Source: a virus
Lineage: Duplodnaviria > Caudoviricetes
IMG/VR virus record: IMGVR_UViG_3300020442_002355
Coordinates: 1 to 54,147 of that record
DNA: 54,147 bases
Strand: one strand, 5' to 3'
The translations under genes were made by a program, and so were the position numbers. The notes beneath the pieces were generated by a model. That model did not search any database, was not told the origin of the DNA, and saw only the letters and a list, made by a program, of their open reading frames with translations. Numbering within the stretch: position 1 is the first letter of the stretch; each line of letters starts with the position of its first letter. Of the stretch, positions 10,501-22,600 are shown piece after piece.

Positions 10501-13500
10501 AAGCAGGAATTAGTTGTCCATTATATGGATTCTGCTCATATGTTCTAGTTGCAGAATTATACTCACCTTCTTTATGATTAATCTGGGCAACCCTAGCATA
10601 GAATTTAGGAGCAGTAACACCTTTCTTCAAAGGAATGCTGCGTACATTCTCGCCAACAGTAAACGTGCCTGAAGTCATTGTAATTTCAATGAGTTTAGGA
10701 GTACAGTATCTGGCAACACTAACTCCATCAAAGTAAGGATAGACTTGAGTTCCTGGTTTTAATTTCTTTGACTTAAACTCAATATTTCTAGATCTCATAA
10801 ATGGAACGAGATCTCTACTTACAGTTCTATCGTTTATAGAAGTCTTTTCATACTCTTCATGGACGATAGTTCTTGTTCCACCTCTAGATTCTGTTCCAAG
10901 ATCAAATGTTTCTTGGAATTCTTCTTGTGAAACAGTAGTAGTATTTCTTCTTACCCACTGACCAGGACCAGATGTTCCATCAAGTTTCTTAGTAGATTCT
11001 GAAACAGCATCGGTTGCTGCTCTGCTTTCGGACTCAGCAGTATCTAATACACCAGTCCAGTTGGTCTCCCAAGAATCCCAAAGAATAGGAACAAATCCAG
11101 TTTGAGCATCTAATTCATTTGTTCTTTCATAGTAATCAACCGTAGCAGCATAATTGCCTTCAGTTTCAATGATTCTGGTTTGAACTCTAACAGTATCAAC
11201 CCAAGTATCCGAAGCAGGAGTAAGTTCAATAGTTCCTTGCCAGAAACTTACTGTAAATGGAGTAATAGTTTCTGATCTAGTTGCAAATGTCTGCTGTAAC
11301 CAATTTACTTCAGAGTAATCTAAAGTTAAAATATCATTAGATCTTGAGATATTCTCTCCGTCAATTACATTGAACTTAAAGTCTGTGGTCGAATCTACTC
11401 CTTCAACTGGACCAAAGATAAGGTCTACTGAGTTTGTATAGTGTTTTGGTCTAAGTTCTTTATTCTTTCTATCAATTGAGTTATTAAGAGTTGCTTTTGT
11501 TTCTTGAGATTTGAAGGAATTGAAATTATCTACAAAGAAACCACTCTTAAATCTATTAAAACCGTCACTATCTGCAATAAAGGCACTCTCAGTCTTGGAC
11601 TCAAGCAGAGACAGTGAAGTGTAATACTCAAGATTTCTAATTCTGTTCTCAAGTTGCTTGATATCAGACATTCTATATCTCTTATGCTCTAAGAACTTAA
11701 GAGATGCTTGCTCAGGGTTAAAGAGATAAGGAGGAAGTTTAATTGATGCAATTTCCATCGCATCATCAATTGCTACAGGAGGTTCTGGTCTTTCAGCAGG
11801 TGTTCCATAAACAACTTGGAACTTACCATCCTTGGTAAGGAACAGTCTATCAATTCTTCCAAGATAATGTGAGAAATCAAATACCAGATTTTCTTGGGAA
11901 GCAAGGATATTTGCCCCAGAGTTGCCTGATTGATTATAATATCTTCCTTCAAATTCTAGTGGAGAACGTGCTCCTTCAGTAACTGCATAATTTGAAACTC
12001 TTGGTCTGATATCAATGATATCACTATTAGATATTCCATCAATAGATTGAATCTCTGTCGCATAGTCAAAAGTATTATAACTTTCTACTGTTGTTATATC
12101 GCCAGAATCAGCCGAATCATAAACAGCAGAAGCATAATATACAATTATCTTCTTAGTTGGTGCCGTAGAAGATGCTCTTCTTCTCAGAGAACTGTAAGAG
12201 TAAATTGTTTTCTTTTGACCTGTGCTAAAGGTAAAGTTTGAAGATATATTGAAACTCTCCTCAACAATACCACTGATAGTACCTTCAACTAAACTTTGTT
12301 GGAAAATAACAGTTTCTCCTTCAACAAAATCAATTTGATTTTTTGTGATAAAAGATACGCTTAAATTATCAGGTTTTCCTACAGAAACGGCAATTGCTCC
12401 ACTGGTTTGTCCAATAAGAACTTCACCATCAACAACATCCTGTGTCGTTGAAGACTGACTTGTTATTGCAGAGAAAGTCATCTTAGGAGCAGCAGGAGTT
12501 CCTGTTCCTTCAGACTCATAAACTCCATGAATTTCTAAAACGTCAGGTACGTTTAAAGAAATAACTTCATCTTCAACTCTAGTTCCAAATGGATAGTTTC
12601 CATATTCAAGTCCATTATTTAAAGTTGTTGTGCCAGTACCAGATCCCTCTAATTTTGACTTACTAACAATCAAAGAGGAGACATTAATTTTATTCTTTGT
12701 TTTTGACTTTGGTTTTGACTTTCTTAGAGTTGCAACTAATTTCGCTGCTCCGGCACCGCCAGAGATATTAAATATATTGACAATTTGGTCAGAGCTGACA
12801 GAAAATACAACTTTATCTTCCGTCAATTCAACAGTTTCGCCAGAGTCTTCTCTAATAAGAGAATATCTCTCGGGGGTAAATGGTAAGAATGTTTGATTGA
12901 ATCCTGCTTCCATTGGAGTAGCAGTATCAATAGATCCATTAGCAAGAATATTTACATCATAAACCTTTCTTATGGTTATTGTAGATTCGTTAAGATCTAC
13001 TGTTGCAATATTCTGTTTCGTAAGTTTTGTATATAAACTGTTGTCAGAAGACTTGTCTAATGCAGTCTTTACAACATCCATATCAGCAACATTAATTGCT
13101 GCACCGGGCAGACTGCCATTTACTACTCCGCCTACAGTATGAACACCAGCAACAGTGATATGATCTGTACCAACGGTCTCAACTTTAACCATAATTTTGT
13201 CAGTTGAGGTTGTAAGATCTGAATATGTAATCAGATCGCCAACAGAAACGTTATCCAAGAATCTTGGATTAGCACTTTCAATGCGTCCTGCAGGACTAAC
13301 ACTTGCTACACCAACATTAAAAGATCTGGTTTGAACAACATCAGCAGCAAAAGTGTTGATACCAACTAATCTATCATCAGTTGCATAAACAGATTTAACG
13401 TCCGCAATAGTTTTTTCAGTGATTGCAATAGCAACTCTACCGTCTTGAATTCCATTAAAACTTAATGGTTCATTCTGAATAAATGAACCATTTCTATCAT

Positions 13501-15076
13501 AAAGAGTTAAAGTAGTGCCTGAAGTTACAGCATCTCTAAGAAATGCAGTAGCACCACTGTTTGAACCCTTAACAAAAGTTGGAACAGGTAAAGTATGTGC
13601 CTGATTAAGTGTGACAACTGTAAATGGTTGTACATCAAACAAAGAGAGTCCCCACTGATTAGTATCGGGGTTATCTGCATCATAAGAACCAGACTCTAAT
13701 TTAAAATCATAAACCCTAGCAAGACCAACTTCAGTTCCTGGTGGTGTTGCTGTATCATTTACTTCGGCACTTCTTTCATCTCTTAAGCTTAAGACATATG
13801 TATTACCAATTCCAATACCTGGTGCGGGAGTTCTTAGTACTCTATTGACTCTAAAAGTTGCACCAGTATTATAAGATAAAGACTCTCCACTTACATCGGC
13901 AGTTGTTCTTGGTTTTTCAACATCAATAAAAGTTGGTGTTGAAGTCTCAATATCATAACCTTTTACATATGCTTTACCTGACGAAATCTTTAAGATTGCC
14001 AAGTCATCAGATGCAAGAGATCCCCCGTAAGTAAATTCTCCACCTTCAAATAATCCATTATTACCAAGATTATTATTGAGAGAGTTAAATACTGCTACAT
14101 CAAAAGGTTTTACAACATAATGACCACTTTGCTCAAATGTTCTCTGAGCAAGAGTATCCATCAAGTCTTCACGGAAGACTTTGCCAGATCCAGCGCCTAC
14201 ATCTTTAATCTGTGTTCTTAAAACACCATCTTCAATTACTGCTAATTCGATGAAGTTATTATCATCAAAATCGTCAAGTGGTTTTTTGAAGAGACTTACT
14301 GAAATTTTTAATCTATCAGCACCTGGAGCAGAATAGTTATTAAATCCCTGAGAGTTATCGTTCAGGGTTTCATCTAAATCGGAAGTTATAATTTCTTCTC
14401 TAATCTGAAGACCAACTCTATAGTTTGGTCTATTTGCATATTGATCCAGGATCAGAGTCTCAGTATCTACTTGTACAAAATTTCCTCTGATGAAATATAC
14501 ACCCTGCTGAATTTGAAAAGCAGAACCAACAGAACTTGCATTTTGTGCAATAGTTACAGCAAAAGGACTATTTGCTGGAATTGTGGAATTTCCTAAAAGA
14601 CTAGAATTAATTGAAGTGCTACAAACTAATTCTTCATTATCAAAAAATTCCTGCGTTAAGTTATTTGCAGTATTGGCATTAATATAATTAACATACAGTG
14701 TTAAATTGCCGTTTGCAGAATCTGCAGGAAGAAGAACACTATCAACAACCGCAGTTACACCTGAGTCTTGTCCAGTTATCTTCAACCCTACGAGTTGGTC
14801 AGCATAAGCAGAAACCGGAACACCTTGGTAATTGTTATTTAACTGAACGTTATAATAAAGTTGTGTATATCCTGTATTTCCTGGGATTACTTTAGATCCC
14901 TCTTTGAAAAAGTGCTGTCCAAACTTTTCAATCTGATTTTGTAAAATCGACTGAAGCGTTGTCAGTTCTCTTGCCTGTACTGGATAACCAGGTTTGAACA
15001 GAACTTTATGAAAATCACTAGACGGATCGTAATCATCAAAATATGGCGATACGTTGAGATTAGTTTGTTGTGGCAT
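7559..15076 (-). CDS. Large virion structural protein (VrlC / DUF4815-like)
   Basis: 2505 aa; MPQ.TNLNVSPYFDD...VLFKPGYPVQARELT.LQSILQNQ start, DPLAQTF motif, PRIKDLRVIALA end; follows gp8. Confidence 0.85.
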   Translation of the reverse strand: MPQQTNLNVSPYFDDYDPSSDFHKVLFKPGYPVQARELTTLQSILQNQIEKFGQHFFKEGSKVIPGNTGYTQLYYNVQLNNNYQGVPVSAYADQLVGLKITGQDSGVTAVVDSVLLPADSANGNLTLYVNYINANTANNLTQEFFDNEELVCSTSINSSLLGNSTIPANSPFAVTIAQNASSVGSAFQIQQGVYFIRGNFVQVDTETLILDQYANRPNYRVGLQIREEIITSDLDETLNDNSQGFNNYSAPGADRLKISVSLFKKPLDDFDDNNFIELAVIEDGVLRTQIKDVGAGSGKVFREDLMDTLAQRTFEQSGHYVVKPFDVAVFNSLNNNLGNNGLFEGGEFTYGGSLASDDLAILKISSGKAYVKGYDIETSTPTFIDVEKPRTTADVSGESLSYNTGATFRVNRVLRTPAPGIGIGNTYVLSLRDERSAEVNDTATPPGTEVGLARVYDFKLESGSYDADNPDTNQWGLSLFDVQPFTVVTLNQAHTLPVPTFVKGSNSGATAFLRDAVTSGTTLTLYDRNGSFIQNEPLSFNGIQDGRVAIAITEKTIADVKSVYATDDRLVGINTFAADVVQTRSFNVGVASVSPAGRIESANPRFLDNVSVGDLITYSDLTTSTDKIMVKVETVGTDHITVAGVHTVGGVVNGSLPGAAINVADMDVVKTALDKSSDNSLYTKLTKQNIATVDLNESTITIRKVYDVNILANGSIDTATPMEAGFNQTFLPFTPERYSLIREDSGETVELTEDKVVFSVSSDQIVNIFNISGGAGAAKLVATLRKSKPKSKTKNKINVSSLIVSKSKLEGSGTGTTTLNNGLEYGNYPFGTRVEDEVISLNVPDVLEIHGVYESEGTGTPAAPKMTFSAITSQSSTTQDVVDGEVLIGQTSGAIAVSVGKPDNLSVSFITKNQIDFVEGETVIFQQSLVEGTISGIVEESFNISSNFTFSTGQKKTIYSYSSLRRRASSTAPTKKIIVYYASAVYDSADSGDITTVESYNTFDYATEIQSIDGISNSDIIDIRPRVSNYAVTEGARSPLEFEGRYYNQSGNSGANILASQENLVFDFSHYLGRIDRLFLTKDGKFQVVYGTPAERPEPPVAIDDAMEIASIKLPPYLFNPEQASLKFLEHKRYRMSDIKQLENRIRNLEYYTSLSLLESKTESAFIADSDGFNRFKSGFFVDNFNSFKSQETKATLNNSIDRKNKELRPKHYTNSVDLIFGPVEGVDSTTDFKFNVIDGENISRSNDILTLDYSEVNWLQQTFATRSETITPFTVSFWQGTIELTPASDTWVDTVRVQTRIIETEGNYAATVDYYERTNELDAQTGFVPILWDSWETNWTGVLDTAESESRAATDAVSESTKKLDGTSGPGQWVRRNTTTVSQEEFQETFDLGTESRGGTRTIVHEEYEKTSINDRTVSRDLVPFMRSRNIEFKSKKLKPGTQVYPYFDGVSVARYCTPKLIEITMTSGTFTVGENVRSIPLKKGVTAPKFYARVAQINHKEGEYNSATRTYEQNPYNGQLIPASYTSTSTILNIDTYSLSNETQGEYYGYVEVGTLLVGESSGATATVSNLRLVVDNQSSVIGSFYIPETITSYHPRFESGIRAFTLSSNENNDAENVTTIASEHYSATGVIANEGSIRSIRLEDKKEFEQQTVSRSSGTQIVGTSVVNRTSPETITAWYDPLAQTFVVDDETGIFLTRCDIFFKDKDDMDIPITLQIRTVEGGIPTSKVLPMSEVILDPDEVSISTDSSIATSFTFKAPIYLEGRKEYAICLLTNSTKYDVFVSRIGQEDFLTDTLISTQPFLGSMFKSQNASGWEASQWEDLKFTLYRAEFETSGTVDLYNPRLSKGNRQVSNLLPDSLELKSRKIKIALSEGSLITNDYVLGNTFKQDGTNATGNLVGAGASAVGSLTITNAGVGYTPSTGTDTRTLSLVSLSGNGSGANASVTFNNGSVTAATINNNGGTAYQVGDVLSLSSTEVGRDLKLTVAGIGSTNTIILDNVQGQFTTNSSQEIRYVRSTGIETSFNHTNTAFGGVYPTSINSFSNDSDGLHIKVNHTNHGMYFEDNRVEISGVESDVVPTKLTVAYDAGSAASITVEDNTSFTQFEGANVGTTNRGFLKIGDEIIEYSATSGTNTIGGTITRGANQASYPIGTLVYKYELSGVNLARINKIHDMNDVTVADPITFDSYYVKLDMSEVFGSTKGTVDARPRNVDTFFPQLYIGDTKSAGGYGAYASQNIPYEIVTPMIHSQTVQGSTISAQFRSTTSTGISGNEIPFVDNGFEQVTLNKPNYLSTPRAIFSKVNEDQKLTNVPGNKSMTLRLFLNSVDTRVSPVVDSQRMNTIFTTNRINNPVTNYITDARVNGIDTDPSAFQYISRELSLENSASSIKIITNGYINTFSDIRAFYCVGSEPTANPVFTPFPGYLNLKSNGDVIDLKNNDGRSDTLIQKTNVLDFNSNNLEYKEYTFTIDNLEPFRYYRIKLVMTSTNQVYVPRIKDLRVIALA

Positions 15077-15082
15077 AATCCT

Positions 15083-16645
15083 TTAGAACTGCAAGATAAT
15101 TTTTATGTCTTCCTTTTGATTCGACGATCTAGTAATAGAAGGTCTATTATCAACGTAAATGATATTACCAGATTGTTTTTGAACTTCTGGTAACGCAATA
15201 CCGTCCGTAAAATTAAGACCATAATAGTAGGTCCTATTATTTATTACGGTAGAGGAACCTGTAAAAGAACTATCAATAGTTAATATTGAATTAGTACCAC
15301 TGTCTGGTACAATTGTAAGAGATCCGCCAGTGTCTGGGGTACTTGTAAATTCTGCCAAATCATATCCATATCTTGGATTGATATTTTGAGTTCCATCGGC
15401 AGTATTAAACCCAACCAAATATCTGTCTTGCCAGAATTTCAAAACTCCAGTTGCCTGATCATAACTAACCACTCTACCAAAAGCAGTTGTTCCTGTGGCA
15501 ATAGTTTGCGAAACCATTGAGTTTGCTGTAAACTCTGCAGTGCTATATCCAGTTCCTACAAGTTTCAACGCACCAACAACACTTGCTCTTGGTTTATCCA
15601 AGATAGTATTAGAATTTAACTCTGTTGGATTCTCTACAATACCAACTCTGGCAATTTTATTGCCAGTAATAAAATCTGGGTTCTGACTATCATTTTCAAT
15701 TCTTGCATACATTAAGAGATTAGATGCTCCTAACTCCTTGTATATGTCATGTCCGTGACCTCCTTGAGGAGGAATAATTACATCGAATTTTGGTCTAACT
15801 GTACCTGTTGGTACTGCACCAGCAACTAAATCAACAGTTCCATATGTATATCCAGAACCTTGATTTGATACTTCTACTGAACTGACCTGAGAATTTTCAT
15901 CAATAGTAATAGTACACTCTGCACCAGTTCCATCCCCTTTGATTGGAACGTTTCTATACTGCAAATTTGCTGCTCCTACATTAAGACCTTTATTTGTTAC
16001 TGTAACAATCTTAATAGAACCAGCAACTGCATTATCCCTAACAAGGGCATTATCAGTTGAAGTTTCCCAGTTGTTTGGAACTGGCATGAACTCTGTAGAG
16101 TCAAACTTAATGATATCTGAAGGACTTAAAGTATACAGATATTTCCAAATATATCCATCTCCACTGGAACCAGCAACTCTTGGTTCCAAATCCGTGAACA
16201 ATGGTTCATCCAAAGAGGATTTTCCTGTTGGGTTGTCAGGACTAGTTCCGTTCTGTAAACAAATATAGACCCTAAAGTCTCTATTCATCACATAGAAAAA
16301 TGACGCATATAAATTTGTGGAACTAGAAACTGCAGCAGTGTTGTCAATACTGTAATCATGACGATACATGTCATACTTTGCACCAGAAGACCATATTCTT
16401 TTTGGTATAACATGCATAATATCAGAAGAAGTAATCTTCTTCATAGCAATCATGGTGTCCCAATAATCATTCTCCTGGTTAAAATTATCTCTGGGAGAAG
16501 GAGGAGTCTCCTCCCACTTTTCATTAAAATCAGAAGAATTAGTCAGTCCTACAAAGGTGTAATAAGCATTAGAAGTGCTTAATACACCATTGCGGAAATT
16601 TTTCGCATTTAAAATTCTAATTTGATCTGTAATTATTGCAGACAT
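15083..16645 (-). CDS. gp8: Baseplate wedge subunit
   Basis: MSAIITDQIRILNA, YDMYRHDY, DGYIWKYLYT, QKEDIKIILQF. Confidence 0.9.
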   Translation of the reverse strand: MSAIITDQIRILNAKNFRNGVLSTSNAYYTFVGLTNSSDFNEKWEETPPSPRDNFNQENDYWDTMIAMKKITSSDIMHVIPKRIWSSGAKYDMYRHDYSIDNTAAVSSSTNLYASFFYVMNRDFRVYICLQNGTSPDNPTGKSSLDEPLFTDLEPRVAGSSGDGYIWKYLYTLSPSDIIKFDSTEFMPVPNNWETSTDNALVRDNAVAGSIKIVTVTNKGLNVGAANLQYRNVPIKGDGTGAECTITIDENSQVSSVEVSNQGSGYTYGTVDLVAGAVPTGTVRPKFDVIIPPQGGHGHDIYKELGASNLLMYARIENDSQNPDFITGNKIARVGIVENPTELNSNTILDKPRASVVGALKLVGTGYSTAEFTANSMVSQTIATGTTAFGRVVSYDQATGVLKFWQDRYLVGFNTADGTQNINPRYGYDLAEFTSTPDTGGSLTIVPDSGTNSILTIDSSFTGSSTVINNRTYYYGLNFTDGIALPEVQKQSGNIIYVDNRPSITRSSNQKEDIKIILQF

Positions 16646-16664
16646 TTTGCCACAGTTTTTTCTT

Positions 16665-16671
16665 TATTTAG
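16665..16671 (-). promoter_or_regulatory. Late promoter (CTAAATA)
   Basis: CTAAATA about 20 nt upstream of the gp8 ATG. Confidence 0.55.
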
Positions 16672-19600
16672 TTACAGAGTTTCGTCATATCTTACGAACG
16701 CAAGAGATTTATCTCTTACAACTAACGTAGATGTAGATATGCCACCAAATCCACTCATGTTGTATGCAGTAGAAGCAACCGAAACTCCACTTTCAAGAAT
16801 AATCTTACCCCAACTATAAGAACCCAAATATGTTCCTGTAGTCATTCCAGTAACACCATTGAAATTGGTATCAAAATCATATCCAAGAGGAGGATTATCA
16901 ACCTTAGCACGAACTCTTATCACAGCATCCTGCTCATTACCTATAACAATAGGATGATCTCTTCTTTCTACAACTTCATAAACACCATCCACAAATGATG
17001 TGCTGATACCTAAAACATTACCATTTCCATCATAACTTGTTATAGAAGTTGTTGCTGCTCCTAAGTTTGAATTGAAGATTGTAAATACATCACCTTGCTC
17101 TATCGCAGAAACTGTTATTCCAGTACCAACATACTTAGATTGACTAAAGATATTATCCTGGTCGGGGATAAACAGATCAAACAAAGCATAAGTCTCATTA
17201 CTGATTGAAGTTGTTGCAAAACCAACAATACTACCAGAATCACCTCTATAACCACCAGGGAAAAATACCTTAATAGTTTGAGTTGTACCTTGACTTGGTG
17301 GAGAAATTAAGACTTTAGGAGCAGTTACTGTAGAATAACCAACTCCACCACCTGTTACGGTTATCCCAGTAACAACTCCATTCGTAATAGTAGCTCTTGC
17401 TTTTGCTGTTGTAGTTGTTCCAATACCAACACCAGTAGTACTTGCGATACTTACATTTGGAGCAGATAGATATCCACTTCCTCCATTTGTTATTGTAAAA
17501 CCAGTAACTGTTCCTGCCATAGAAACAGTAGCAGTAGCAGCTGCTGAAACTTTTACCTCTTGCTGGTGAATTTTGATTCTGTTCTGAGACAAACGACCTT
17601 GAGTTGTATCAAATTCATTACGCTGGTTAAACAGTGGTCTAACAGTGCTAAGATTTAATACAGTAGAACCAATTCCAACCGGTTTAAGTAAATAAGCAGC
17701 AGGTAAAATATTTGGTTCATGGAAGGTTCTTGCTTTAGAGACACTCTGTCCATCAATAATCTTATCTTCGGTCTGACGACACCAAGTAACAGGTCTTGTA
17801 AAATTAACATCATCAGTGTTTCCTGGACCAAAATATGGAAGAGTTTCTACAGTATCTGTGGAAACAATATCACTTATAGTTCTCTTATCCTCTTTGTAAA
17901 TTAGATCATCTGAAGTAATCTGAAGAGTATCACCTTCCTTCACAGTTTGAATTACATCAGTTTCAATAACATCATTACCTTCACCATTACCCTTGTAGAA
18001 AACAATTCTCAAGAAATCGCCAACTCTAGGTGCTTCGGAGAATCTAATTCTATTTCCTCCAAAGAAGAAGTAAGAATCACCTGGGACCTGAAGAATATTA
18101 TTCAAGAATACTAAGAGTAACTGATCTGTTTGAATTTTCGACCCTTTAGCAGCAATAATTGAAAGTCTTTCTCCACCTCTAAACAGTGGGAAGAGTTTTC
18201 TCTTACCATCAATATAACTATCAACATTATCCAGAATCTCAAGTTCACCAAGAGACCATCCATTAAAGGTGTCGTCAAAGGTTTTATCTACTGTAATTTG
18301 GAATTCTCTAAAATTAGATGTGGTTGGAATTCCAGTTCTTCCTCCTACAGGAACAGTTAGGATATCACTTTCGCCATAAGCGTAACCATTGTTTGTAATG
18401 TTATACGAAACTACACTAGAACCATTGCCAACCTGAATATCAATTTTACCTTGCGTACCTAATCCAGTTAATACCTGATCATTGGAATATACCAAAGGCA
18501 TATTTGCATATGGTTCTGGATCATCAAATATAATTTGAGGAACAATTGTTAGTGTATTAACACCAACATTAAGGTTGAATCCTGGATTAGTAATATTAAC
18601 ACTAGTAGAAATATTACCAGTGCCAGTAATAACAGTTGCAAAACCAATATGCTGGACAGATGTAGTTGCAACACTTACAACAGCACCAGCATCACTACCA
18701 ACAAAAGTATGTGTATACTGACCACCAGCGCGAACAGCATTTGCCGTTGCACTCACAAATGTATGAGCACCAGAAGCAACAGTTGCTGGGTTAGTCCCAA
18801 CATTGACAGTAATCGTAGTAGAAGTTACTGAACTAATATCGAGAGTTGTATTTGCTGCAGGGTCAGTTGCACGAGGATAAGAATGCTGAGTTGCATTACC
18901 ATCCTGAGCACAGGTAAAGGTCAGTGAATTGGTCTCAAGGGATATGCCTCTGCCAGCAACAAAATTATGACTGCCAATAGTAAGTTCTAAATCGCCAGTG
19001 TTATGGTCATAAACCGCACCGGAAACATTAAAGTAAACAAACGTTGAGAAACCAACAAATACTATAGCATCTTGACCTCGAATCTCTTCAATTCTCAATG
19101 GTCTTCTGCTTGCCCTAGTGTCAAGATTAGGTCTAGGATATGACTTGGTACTAGTATTATTATCACTAGCACAAGTAAAGCGTAGACTATTATCGTTAAT
19201 TGTAATATAATCTCCAGAATTTAACGCATGGTTTGCTGGAAGAGTTATAGACAGGAGTCCAGTTGTAGGAATATAATCTGCATCCAATACATCATAAGTA
19301 AGTCCTGCAACTGCTCCTGGACTAATATTACTAGTAGCAGCACTAACATTAACAATACCAAATGGTAAAGTAACTCCGATACTTACTCTAGTTCCTGCAG
19401 GAACATCATTAACTGGAGCAGCACTCGTAGGAACTTGAATATGAGTAATCCCAGCTCCAACATCGGCACCTAGATAAGCAACTTTAGTACTATCTAATTT
19501 TCTGAAAGTTCCAATTCCAATATAAGCATTATTTCCATCAAATACAGTCTCTAAGACGCCAAATACGCTATTTTCATTAGTCAAATAGATGTTGGTTGAA

Positions 19601-22600
19601 CCTGCAGAAATAGTAGAACTAGTTGATACAAGAATCTCATAATTATCTTTACATCTGTATCCACTTCCAGTATAACCAACAGATATGTTAGTTACTGTTC
19701 CAGCAGCGGAAACGGTAACAGTTCCTGCAGCAGCAACAAGAGGTTGATAACCAAATCCTTCAGTAGAACCAATAGATTGAATAATACCTGCAGCAGGGAA
19801 ACTACTAATTCCAACATCATATCCGATTGATTGAGCACTTCCATTAAATACTAACTGAGTATCCCCAGCAGCTTCTTGGAGGTTGTAATCCTCTTCTACA
19901 GTTATGCCTGGAAGTTGGAATACACTATTGATCAGTACAATAGCATTATCATCAGCAATATTCGTTATACTTTCTCCCTCAGTAGTTTTAATAGGGAAGT
20001 TTCTTTCAATACCATTAAATCTATCAGCAACATCTTTGAAAACATGATTATTAGCATAAGTCTCAGATAATCCTGTAGAGATAGGACCTCTCATATAACT
20101 TCTTCCATGGAAAGAAGAACCTTTAGCAATACCCTCCCAATCAAGGGAATTAGGATCTGAAGGATCTGCTACTGGATCTGGACCATATGGAGGTTCTGCA
20201 AAACTCAGTTTGTTACCAATAATATTGTAGTTTCCAGAGATCTTAGTAACTAAGTCGCCAGCGGTATGATTTGCAAATTGTGTTCCCAATCTTGCTCTTC
20301 TAACTCTAACTTTATTAGGGTCGTTATTTGCTCCAACTCCAGTAACCTTCATAATTTCATCATTAACTTGGAAGAAGTCTCCACCAAAGAATGAAGTAAC
20401 TCCAACAAAATCAACAATGTCAGTTGTAGAAAGAGCATCAGCACTTAATGTCGTCGTAATTGCTGTAGAAACAATTGGACTTTGGATCATATTATCAAGT
20501 GTAATCAACACTCTAGCATTTTGTCGTGTAGTTATAAATCTATGAGAAGTACCACTACCTACATTTGTAATATCAATTAGTGAAGGAGTAACACTTTGAG
20601 CATTTTCGGCACTGGTGCTCAATCCAATATAGTTGTCATCAATCTTAACTGCATAAACATTATCTCCTCCATTAGGAAGAAGCGTTGTTAATCCAACACC
20701 AACAAAGAAAGTTTGTGCAACACCAATTGCAGAAGATTCATCATTAATGTCATTTCTATAGTAACTCAGTCTTTCGCCAGAAACAAAGAAGTGGTTTGGA
20801 AGTCTAATAGTATCGGATGTTGTACTAACAATTCCAACATTTCCACCATCAAACCAATATTGGAATATATCTTGTCCCCCATGTTCTAAATCAAAGTCTG
20901 TTTTGACATCATTAAATGTTCCAATGTAATCATCTCTATCGTCAGTAATAAGACCATTACCAAAATCAAGTTCCGTCTCTACAACATCACTTGTTTCAGA
21001 CTTCAGGTGATGAGCAAAAACATTTACTTCAGTATCAATATTTGGATTTGGAGTAAAATGTAAATGTAATTCAAATCCAGTAGAATCAATTCCTGCTCCA
21101 AAAGTACCAAGACCTGATGAAGTCCTTACATTACCATATTCTGTGAGGAATGCTTCACTAGTAACACCAACAGCATTAATTGTATCCACTGCAACTAATT
21201 CTACAAATTCATGCTCATTATTCGTTTTGTCTGCTACATGTACCCAATACTTGGATGCATGGAATTCTTCACTATTATCAATATAACGATATTTGTTTAC
21301 AGTAGTGATTCCTGGAGATGCTGATGATGCAATAGTGGTGGATTCTGCCTGAATCCTTGCATGGTTCATATTATACGTTGCAATTCCTGATGTTGCTGTC
21401 TGAGCAATACCAATTTGAATTGTATTGATAACCGCAGTTGTACCAATTCCGGCATTAGGAATAAACTCAACTACAAGATTATTATTAGCAAGATACGGCC
21501 AGAATGTTCCATATCCAACAGAAGAATCTATAGATCCTAAATCGGTAGACAGATTTGTAATTTCTCCGCTCGTTGCTATATCTACTCCATCATGAACAAA
21601 GTTCATTTGAGTAAAATTAAATTCCTCATTCTGAGAACCATTATCAGGGTTTATGGAGAACATAACAGAAACAGAATTAAAACTGCTTCCCATAGAAACA
21701 ACTGTAACTCCAGTTCCTACAGTATTAAGTTTAGAACTTGAAGTTTGTATGACAGCAATATCACCAAATGTACTAGTTCCTATTCCAACAAAACTATCTT
21801 CTATCTTATAGGCAACATATGAAACATTAAAGTCATTATATGCTATTTTATCATCGACAGGATAGAATCTAATGAATCCTTGTCCCTCAGAAATAGCAAA
21901 ATCAAATGTACCAATATCACCAACTGTTTGGAGGAATGCATATTCATTAGAATATCCATAAGTGCCGTCGTGAATAACATCAAAAATTGATACTTGTCTT
22001 TCTGAAGTAAATCTTCTATCTCTAACCAAAGTATAATATCTTAAGAATCTTCTCTTATCAAGATCAAACGTATCAATATCAACATATTCTTCTGATCTTG
22101 GGCGATGACTAAATTGATCACTAATATCGTCAATACTTAAGACTCTGTTGAATACTGCCTGGTCAAACGAAGATATGAGTCTACTTTCAAAATAAATCTC
22201 TGTTGAAACTAAATCTCCAACATCAATAAAGTTTTCTCTGACAAGATCAAAGTCATTAACACAATTCATATCAACAGTTTCTACAATATCTTTTATCAAA
22301 TTGAGATAGGTAGATCCTTTTGTTGGATTTGTATCTACTCTAAGTCCTCTTTCATAGGACTCTAATTGATAATTCGCAAACTTCTTATAACCAGAAATGT
22401 GGTTCATCGAAGATATGGGGTCATTCCAAGTTTGTAGAGGTACAGTAGATTTCAAAGAGTAAGAGAAGTTTTGATAATAATCATTGTCAGGTGTTCTCTG
22501 AAGATCATTATTTAAGAATCCTGCTATTTGTTTCCAACCCTTATTTTGCTGTATTGTACTTCCATATCTTCCATATTCTTTGAATGGAAAAATATTTTCG

